Assembly (NCBI RefSeq): GCF_002113885.1
Contig: NW_018405506.1
Span: 167,441-231,440, forward strand
Reading direction: 5' to 3'
DNA length: 64,000 nucleotides
DNA from: Mizuhopecten yessoensis
Lineage: Eukaryota
The position numbers were made by a program, and so were the translations under genes. This document shows, piece after piece, positions 50,935 to 60,700 of the stretch (positions are counted from its first letter, which is position 1; every line of letters starts with the position of its first letter). The notes below the pieces were generated by a model. It saw only the letters and a list, made by a program, of their open reading frames with translations. It was not told the DNA's origin and made no database searches.

Positions 50935-51939
50935 AATAGAATGTTCCGATTTTAAACACATTCGTGATAATTGCTTTCGAGTCCCGGATATGAAAAACTC
51001 TTTTCAGTTCCGTGAACTCGAAGGCATTATTTAACTATTTGAAAGACATCGGTCTTTTCTATAGACTCTGAGGTCTTTTAACCGAACTTACCCTCTTTGG
51101 CGTTATATATATATCACATAGTCCATATCATCTATTCGTTATCTCTTTTATTATTTTAACCCCCCTTTTATTTTAATTATCTACACATACAATGTAAATG
51201 CTTTTAAAAATATTCTTTTTTTTATCTGATTTTATCTTCGCTACTCACATGTTTGTTTAAAAAAAAAGGTAAAATAAATAAATAAATCACTGCCCTAAAT
51301 GACCACAGCTGTCGATGGGCCGTAAAACACAAACAAAGCAAACACACATCTAGCTAGATAGGGCGCTATATCAAGTGTTGTATATTGATATTATTATGAA
51401 CATGTATGCCATTCCATTAACACAGTAACGCTTACAGTTTGCACACATCTCGGTCAGCAAATTTTGATTTTCTTCGAAATGATCATTGATTTAACTGTCA
51501 GTATGCTGTTATTGTGTCCTTATTGGACTTGTTATACGAAAGACTTAAAGTTGTAAATGTTGTGATGAGGGAAATTAGCCATTAGTGTTGATCAATATAT
51601 GAGGACGGAAAACTTTCATTTTTGAATTATCAATGGGGAAGTAGCATTGATATTTAACTTCTCAAACCACATGCATAGATTTTATGGCCGATTTGACATA
51701 TTTTAAAGGTCCTTTCCCCTGAATAGTTTCTAAAAATTGTATTTTCCAAAAACCAATGAAAAATCACCTTTTCCCCCAAAATCCTGTTATTGTGTGTGAT
51801 ATTTACCAACGTTATACAAGGCACAGGCCCCTGTAGAAAGGAGGTAAAAATCACTGACATCGGCGTGGTGACGGTATTGTTCTTTATAGGGGACATGACA
51901 GACTGTCTATAACAAAAGGAAAGTGATAACTCTGTAATA

Positions 51940-52520
51940 ACTTAAAACCGATTACAAAGTACAACTGGTTTATAAAGAACAAAGAAAAAGTAGTTATAGA
52001 TTTGTACGACTGGCTTTCAGGTAAAATGGTTATAAAGTGAAATTGGTTATACGTGTGTGTTTTAAGTAAAACTGGCTAAAAGGAAAAACTAGTTATAATT
52101 GAGACAGGTTATTAAGAACTGTGATTTAACGTACAACTGGTATAAAATGCAATTGGTTATGTTAAGTCAGCCTTAAGGAAAATTTGGTTATGTATATGAC
52201 TGGCCATAAGGTACAGCTAGTAAAATTGACTATTATATTCTATAACTGTGATTTATACATATACCTGGTATAAAAAAACCCAATAGGTTAGTATGTACAA
52301 CTGGTTAGAAATGTAACTGGATATATAGAAGAACTGGATGTCGAGTATTAGAACAACTGGTTATAATAAGGTACATCTGGTACAATTGACTATAAGGAAA
52401 ATTAGCTTTAAATGTATTGTTGGTGTAAAAAAAACCACCGGGGTTATACAGTAAAACTGGTTAAAAGGAAATTGTCGTTATAGGAAAGGCTGGTTATAAG
52501 TACAACTGGTTATAAAGTAC
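51940..52520. repeat. Degenerate ~18-bp minisatellite (gtacaactggttataaag); related patches at ~46280-46410 and ~53770-53830
   Basis: Recurrent aactggttata motif. Confidence 0.6.
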
Positions 52521-52667
52521 ATGTAAAAATAAACTAGAACTGTTTATATTGTATTTCAACTGCTTCCAGATACAGTTCATAGGCGAAATGGATACCTACT
52601 GCATCATGGGAAAATTAAACATGAGCTGTGTTCGTTTTACATTCTCACGTTTCTCTGTCTATTATTT

Positions 52668-52934
52668 GGTTTAGTTTGATTGTGTTTTACGTCCTATTAA
52701 CAGCTATGGTCATTTAGGATGTGTCAGGTTTTGGTGGTAGAGGAAGGCCGCAGTTCCAGGAGACCAACGACCTGTATCTGGCGACTGCCCAATCTGATTA
52801 AAATCATATGTTACATGGCTTCGTTAACTTCGTACTACGCAGATTTTAATCAGATTGGCGACTGCCCCACGTAGGCCTAGAACCCGCGACCCTGTGGTGG
52901 AGGGCTAGTGGTAGCAGAATGTCAGACGCCTTAA
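52668..52934 (-). mobile_element. SINE-like element with a 3' tail homologous to the neighbouring LINE
   Basis: Reverse complement of 52669-52718 matches LINE 51294-51343 at 42/50 nt; decayed B-box-like gggttctag. Confidence 0.65.
52790..52857. mobile_element. Tiny TIR insertion (66-70 bp) inside the SINE
   Basis: Perfect IR ccaatctgattaaaatc / gattttaatcagattgg; direct repeat ggcgactgccc on both sides. Confidence 0.75.
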
Positions 52935-54539
52935 AAACTTGAAATTGATAACGACATTAAAAATGTAAAATAACCACATCAAAAAATAACCACACCACGT
53001 GTCTTTTTCTCAATCTCGGACTTAAATTCTTTTTCTTTCTTTCAAATATAGTCCGTAAAAACAACAGCCGTACTCACTTTATCATATCCTACTTACCTAT
53101 GTTTTATTTGTATTGTAGCAATCATATCAGAAGGACTCAAGCACAACAATATTTTGTTATCGTTATGATTGTTTGGCATCATGTGACGTCACACCAAGGA
53201 GGCATGTCTGTCGTCGCGGAAAGCATATCGTAGTCCATTGCAGTTATTTATAATATTAAAATATTAAAAAAAAAATCTGAGGTGGCAAAGGAATGATATG
53301 ATATTCAATTCAACAGATTTTATTGCAGTGTACATCCAAACCAGGTTACTTCAAATGGATCGAACTGCAAATAGACACAACACTGTCGCAAACAAACATT
53401 TTATAAACATTCTGGTCGACTTAAGTGTGAATTTTGTAGAAATTTGAGCTGGATGGTACTGTTAACTACACTTCAAACGAAGCACCCGAGAGAGCGTGCT
53501 TCTTTGCTAACGACACAGATCATTATGATTATTGTTAATTCATTTCCGTCTTCAAGTTATACCTTATGATAATTTGTTTTTTAAATATAAAAGTAAATAT
53601 GATAATAATGATTTCCAGGCGGAATAGACATTTCCGTCCAAAAATTCCAAACGAAAGTCAAACGTGGCTTCCGCATTGTTGCTGTATAACTAATCACTTC
53701 CGGTCCATAGTCTTATGACCAGAAAATCTATTTCATTTGTTTTCATAGTGACATTGCAAAGCAAATGTAAATATAAGGTACAAGTGGTTGAAATAAAGTA
53801 CAGCTGGTTATATAATCCATCTGGTATTATAACTTACAATCAGGAGTGTTGCTGCCTAACACTCGAGTGTACGCATTTCTTAGTAACTGTCAAGGACAGA
53901 AATCGAAAAAATGAACACGTGTTTTCATTACAATGAAATATCACACTATATCCAGGATGTTTTGTACAGGTTTAGTACAAAGTATGGAAAATCTCGTTTT
54001 AGTTGTTATTTCCTACCCAGTCAAAAATATTTTGTAATACACATAGGTGCAAACAGTATTCAAGCTGACATTAAAAAAGGGTAATACCACAACAATGAAC
54101 AAGTTTGTGGTCTGGAAAATTCGAGTCGGAGGCTCCCCCTCGAAGGAAAACTGTATCGTTTTCCGAGGCTACTCAAAGTAAGGCGTCATTTTTTAATTCC
54201 CATGTCATGCCCTACCCTAATTTCGCACGCAAAGGATATCAGTCGGAGGTAGGCTAGCAAATTATGACAAGTTGACAGTTCTTCCTACGTACATCCTACC
54301 CTTTAAGTACTTCCTAAGTAATTAAGATTACTTCGGTCTGACTTTAACTCAGTCATTGAACTAACAGCTATTAGTTGATATACTGAACCCTAACGGCAGG
54401 ACGAGATCGTGCTGAGTCGATTTACTTTCAGGATGGGTCATACTATCAGGGCCCACTTGTATAAAGCATCTACTATTTTATTTTTTGCAAACACCATCAC
54501 ATTACCTATTTGTAAAAATAGAACTAAGCATACTTATAA

Positions 54540-55120
54540 CCAAGGTAACCCTACCTATACACTTTTCGATTTATCGAAAGGCGAAATACTAGCTGATCAC
54601 GCTTCTGTATCACAATCTTACGGACCTGCCTCGTTTGTATTAGATTCCGAAACTCCACAAGAATCCTTATTGATAGCGTCAGACTTTTTGATGCCTTCTT
54701 TCTCTCATTATGAGAGCGTTCTTTTACAAAAAAAAAAAAGGCGAGCGCCGATATAATTATATGGTCGTAATAATTTTGGGGCAAATCTTGTGAAAAGAAC
54801 GACAAAGACTAAAATAGATATACCGAGGACGATATTGTAAGAATGATTGAGGTTCTGGTTGATGACATTTTTGTTAAAGTTCGGTGGCAAGAGTTTACAG
54901 CTGTAAGAAGGCTGTAGGCATTAATATGGGAAGAAATTGTGCCCCGGCTTCTGGTCGATCTGTTTTTGTTTTCATACGAGGCTGGATTTATTGATGATAG
55001 ATCAGAACTGGTAACAAAACCCGTCATTTTCACAATCAGATATATCGCCGATGTGTTGTTTTAAGTAACATGTTTTACTAACCACGTCCATTCTATTGTA
55101 TATACCCTTCTGAGCTTGAA
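54540..55120 (+). pseudogene. Penelope-like retroelement RT remnant
   Basis: Broken-frame motifs DLPRLY*IPKLHKNPY, MIEVLVDDIFV, GINMGRNCAP/LLVDLFLFSYE, RYIADVL (for RYIDD), YPSELE. Confidence 0.75.
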
Positions 55121-57518
55121 AGCATGGTCATTACGTACAGGCTCTTCAGCCTCAGCCGCTTTCCTCAGTCTTTGTTTGTTTATTCAACTTGAAGCCTTAC
55201 GGCTCATAAGCATACACAGCAACGTATAATTGATACATCAGTGATATGAAATACCAAATAATTGTAACATCATGAATGAAGCATAAACTTGTACATCGCA
55301 TATATATATAGTACCTATAACTGGACAGTATAATTCTTTAAATTATTATCAAGTACAAGATAAATAAATTGTCAGAAGATGGACAGCTCTTGTAAAATTA
55401 CCTCACCTAAGTGTACTATGGCTATCGAAAAACAGATGAGGTGACAACATTTTCTTAGCATAATAACAACCGGGGCTCAATAAAGAATATGTTAATTACA
55501 AAAACAAAAAAACAGGCATACACTTTGTATACAGTGGTGTAGTGATCAGGGGATGGACAAAACAATATGTGTAAACCTGGAAATAAACAAGTACTTAAAC
55601 ACATATCGTGTGTCATTGACCAATATCTTTCGTACTCTCTTCGCCGTGGGACTTCGTAACGTGAGAGGCTGTCACACCAGCTACGCCACTGGCAATTGGT
55701 TTCAGAGTCAAACATCCATTAATCGAACTTCGAAGATACGACAAAGACCGGATGTAACAAGGTCTATAGCGAGCTATAACGTTCTCCTGGTCATAAATTA
55801 TATCTGTTTTGTACGATAATATCTTTGAATTTGAACACTGGCAATAAGGGACAAAATACAGTGCAAATGTTTCTTGGCAGTTAGAAGTTAAAATTATTCT
55901 GCGTCATCTTTATTGTACAAAGTCATGAGTATAATAAAAAATCAACTGACGTTCTATACAATTTAGATTTTTACAACTGACGTTTTTAGACCACAATTGT
56001 ACCACCGTGGGAGTTATTCAAAACTTACTATGGATAATAGATACAAGATATTTTTTTAGTTAGTGTTCAGATTTATTTAGATTGCCTGTGTATGAAGTAT
56101 TGTACCCACGATACGTACTTCTCCGTGTAATCTATTTTGACTTGGTGATGACAAACTAAGCTTTATGTTATCATTATTTATGCGTCGGCCGTGATAGCGT
56201 TATCGGGTACACTACAGTGTTTTACAAAGTTTTACAGGTAAAATACAACACATCTACTTCTGGTTTTTCTATACATGTACCTAGGACCCATCTTTTCTCC
56301 TATATGCGTGTAGTCCGACTCCCATTAACTATACTCATGCACTCTATGGTTATTAACACTAGTCTGTCGTAAAGCGGATGGACAATGGCACATGTAACTT
56401 GAAGATTATCAAAAAACATACTCTGAGATCAGAACCTCAGTGAATTTCACCGCTACACTGCTGCGCGACACTTCATTCGGTACCCTTCATTCTTTACTCA
56501 ATGTATGCAGGGTTACGTTAATTTAGTCAGCAAGTATACTTTGCTAGGTGGCATATATATTGACTTGGCTTCTGTCACGAGACAATCTAAAGGTACAAAG
56601 AAGAAATGCTTATCGAGGGCTGGGAAGATGGGGGGAGCAAAAGTGTAGGCAATCTTTGGGAAAATGGATAGAACAATACTTTCAACAGTATAAACATTTA
56701 ATTCACAAGTTTGTACCGTTAGCGATACATAGAAAAAGTACATTTAAGGGTTTTTAATGTGCACGAAAATTGTATAAAATGCATGAAAGTTGTATAAAAT
56801 GTTAACTGTTTTTGTTAATTAGATAATTTCAATGACATCCATAGCAATTCAGCTTCTTTCTTGTTTAACACCCCCCCCCCCCCCCCACTAAATATTGAAT
56901 AAATTAAACTCTAATATTTGTCTCTTAAGCAAACCACAAGAAAGAACCACGGAGCTTCAAGTTTTCGGTTTTCTTTTTGACGGAAAGAAGGGAGGAGGGG
57001 TTGTAGTGAGTCCAGCTACTCGCCTGGGATTTATAAATTATGTCGAGAGTAATTAACATGGAAAAGGTATGAGAGGTCCCTGATAAATACATAATAATAA
57101 CAAATTTGACAACACATTTTGTTAGTTTTATGAATTTGTGTATTCACAATCACTACCATATTTTATCATGGGAAAACGAATATTCCGGCTTTGTCATGCC
57201 AGTAAATATTATTACATGAAGGGTATTGCATCAGGGGAACAAGTGCTCGTGAACTGACGGAGAAATTATTTTGCCCTTTGACCTGTAACCTCTGTTAACG
57301 TTGCTGTCTAACGTTCAAGTGTTTTAAGGTATCGGACAAAAGTGTAACTAGATTTGTATTATATTAAATTTGTAACATCTTGATAACGTTTGTGAAAGTC
57401 ACGATTCTCGGTTATAAATAGAACTACAGATACCGGACGTACGATAAACACAGTGTACAGGTATATACGGTAGTCTAAAATTACATTACACCGACAAACA
57501 GGAACACAAAAGATGTAA

Positions 57519-57543
57519 GTCACGTGATCTGAAATTACTTCCT
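57519..57543 (+). promoter_or_regulatory. Candidate proximal promoter motifs of the PTP gene: E-box GTCACGTGAT and ETS-like ACTTCCT
   Basis: Motifs lie 45-70 nt upstream of the ATG; motif match only. Confidence 0.3.
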
Positions 57544-57587
57544 TATTGAGAGAAATGTAGTTGACGTTTTGTGGTTTGCGTTACACA

Positions 57588-57701
57588 ATGGATGAGAGAG
57601 CGGTTCAGCTGCAGAAAAACTTGTCAAAGTTCATCAACCATGTTGACGAACTTACTAACGAGGACGACCCGGCGGGGAACGGTTTCAACCGCGAGTATAG
57701 G
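57588..57701 (+). CDS. PTPN12: PTP coding exon 1
   Basis: acaATGg Kozak-like context; agg|gtaagt donor; 38 codons. Confidence 0.8.
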
Positions 57702-60700
57702 GTAAGTGACAGTTATAGCCAGGGGAGGGGGAGAGGGGGGGGGNNNNNNNNNNNNNNNNNNNNNNNNNNGGGGGCAGTGTTTGTATATACACTACGGACT
57801 GTGGTCAGTGTACTGGACGGTATTGTGTGACATTATCATGACCATGCACCGCTACACTATACCATACCAGTAACTTTACGCAAGGGTACGTAGAGTACAT
57901 GTTGATTACAGATCGGTACCTCCATCCCCAAATATCTAGCATCCTGTTTCTATGTATATCTGTATAACAGTGTAATAAGACCTAGAGAGGTGAGGGGGTC
58001 AGTGTTTGTATACACTACGGACTGAGGTCAGTGTACTGGACGGTAATGTGTTACACTAACTTGACCATGCACCATTACACTAAACATACCAGTAAACTCA
58101 CAGTAATATAATGGTACACTTTACGGAAGGGTAGAGTATACAGCCACAGGTACACAGTGCACCTGTTGATTATTTAGCATCCTGGTTCTGTTTGTATCTG
58201 TATATAAGACCTAGATTGTAGCCAGGTGAAATAGCCGCTGACATTCGATGGAAACTGTCACCAACTTCATGTGTTAATAATTGAGTCGGAGAGAATTAAA
58301 TCTGGTGGTATAAACGGAATATACTCAGACATATATGTCAAAATGTTTCTCGCCTGGCCTGGTGGAAATCACAGGGACCTGTTGATGAGAGTTTATTAAA
58401 GCTATATTTCACTCCAAGGTTAATATAATACGAGAAGGAGGGGGGGAGCTCTTGATATCGAAAAATCGACCCCATCTAACTTTCTTGCATCAAAAACCAC
58501 ATTTCTAGTTGATGTACGAAAAGAATGCTTACCATTGGAAAGATGAACTGGATTTGTGTATTTGAAGTTGACTGGCCCCTCTGTGCTACAGTTGTATCCA
58601 AAACGAATTAAAGGGGAGGTCACATTAATACAGTATATACAACATACCCAGAGTGTAGGTGGACAGGGATCCCTATGCAGGTATATCATAATATATAATG
58701 TCTCTGCTATTAATTATATAAATCTGCCCCCCCCCCTCGGTGACATCCTCAATTCTCCAGGGGTTAAATGTAATGACTGTCTTTTTCTGCACGTGCACCC
58801 CTAGAATATGTCATAGCAAAAATAGGCATTCAGCTAGCGATTTGATTGGTCAGATGAAAACCCTGGCCAATCGCTAGACTGAAACCTGTCCTTTGAAGAT
58901 TACAGAGTTTTCTCACTCTTCTGTCAGACTGATCACAGAGGTGCTTAATGGGATTGGCATTTGTGGAAAGTGGTGTTCAACCAAGCACATTGTTGTTCTG
59001 TTGACGAAGAATGTCCATGTTAACGGGTGCAACAGGAGTACATGTGTTATCTTACTGAAACGTGCCCCGATTTGTCACCAGGAATGGAACAATATGTGGT
59101 ACCAAGATCTGCTCCCTGTTACGTTGAGCTTTCTGGCTAACGCCGACAATCACAAGGTCTGAACGAGCATTGCCCATATCCCACAACATGAAGCTTCCAT
59201 CACCAAAAATGATCATGACGTAACAAGCAGGCCTCCTGTTAGATGTTAACCACTGGCGTTCAGCTATCTGAGCAATAGTTTTTGGGACTCATCCATGAAT
59301 AGAACTTGTTGCCACTGTTGTAGAGACCAACGTAAATGTTGTCGTGCCCATGCCGAGTATCTTTGGATATGGCGTTAGGTCAGTCGAGGTTCACAATTCG
59401 GTTAGTGAGGACGTAGCCCTACCTCGGCCAACTGGCGAATTATGGTTTGTGCACTAATGTGACAGCGATTGGGGATGTTGGAAGCCGTACTTGCTGCTAT
59501 TACCATCTGATTACGCAGATGACATAAGCAGATATGCCTGTCCAGAGTTTTTGCCAGGTGTTTATAGGGTCTGGTACGTACAGGACCCATTCCCGAATGA
59601 AAAATGACCCTGCATTTTTCTAATTTCAGTATTTATTTTCACAATTGGATTAAAAAGCATGTTAACCAAGTTTCCAGTCATTATATGTGCAACGTTCATG
59701 TGCAATGTATTACCGTCCATGATGGAGTATTCTTATTACATAAATAACAAAAAAAATAAACTGAATTATCAAAAACAAAGTTAATTACATTTACGTTTTC
59801 ATTGTATCACTTTATACATGGATTTTATTTCAGGACCTACGTGAGATAGCAGCACAACACAAGGAGAATAACACATTCTCCTCAACAGCTGGGAGGGAGC
59901 CGCACAACCTGAGGAAAAACCGATACAAGGACATCATTGCCTGTAAGTGTGTAGGCATTCCACAGAGTACAGTTTACTGGGACAAACCTTTACCCTTGCC
60001 AATATAATCAATATTTGCTCAGTGTCGATTTCACCCCTCACATTTAAACACTGTGTATAATGTTGTTTTCTTCTGTTCGCTGTAATGATATTTCACCCCC
60101 CATTAATAAGGCATTATGGAGGGCAAAAAAACGTGAATATTAAACTGCAGCGTTGATTTCCAGGCATACACTTAGCTGTTGCCTAAACCAACTACAATGT
60201 AAATCTGTCTCGTAAACCGTAGCTATACTGTCCACATACAACTGTACTGTAACGTCTTATTGCCTCCTCAAATAACTACACACTGTTTCACTATCTTAGA
60301 CATTTATTTATTCTATTGACAGATGACTACTCCCGAGTTAAGCTGCAGGACACTGGTGAGGAGGGATCAGATTACATCAACGCCAACCTCATTCAGGTAC
60401 GTTCTTAGGGACCCTTCCATCACACTAGTAAAAATTATATCTGTAAAACGGTTACACTGCAGATATTAAGCACTTTGTTTTCAAGGCCGTCAAATTCATG
60501 TTAGCTCCATTTAATGATGCATTCCTTTGAGGTTCTTGCTTGTTGAAAAGTTCATTTAATTTCTGTTCAAATGGAGCTAAGCTAGATTAAGGAATATCCT
60601 TGAGCAATCTCATCCCCAAGTGGAGCTATGTTGAGTCCAAACTCGATTTTCGAAGCAATTAAAATTTTGAGACTCACAAATCCTTGGACGAGAGATAAAT

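Larger units (their letters stand above)
47454..51348 (+). mobile_element. 5'-truncated, decayed non-LTR retrotransposon (I/Nimb-like LINE): gag-like ORF1 with zinc knuckles, AP endonuclease and RT remnants
   Basis: ORF1 YIPNPLRCRNC, CQYCGHEGH, VNCEGKHAASSRDCP; APE IIQWNIRGL, FCLQE, GDFNGHN, IDLS; RT SGPDDI, NYRP..LTSCVCKTLERMIN, FDLEKAY; TSD tctagct(c/a)gatagg at 47440-47453 and 51349-51362; many stops and frameshifts. Confidence 0.9.
47036..51397 (+). mobile_element. tRNA-derived SINE (47036-47453 plus 51349-51397) with an L2-like tail, split by a LINE insertion
   Basis: A-box TGGTCGAGTGG and B-box GGTTCGATCCC; tail tgtaaagcactttaga...gcgctatatcaagt...tattattat is interrupted at the target duplication. 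Confidence 0.65.

Noticed and set aside
54400-56200. Hammerhead ribozyme associated with the Penelope-like remnant
   Set aside because: I could not find a CTGANGA...GAAA core with supporting stems by eye.
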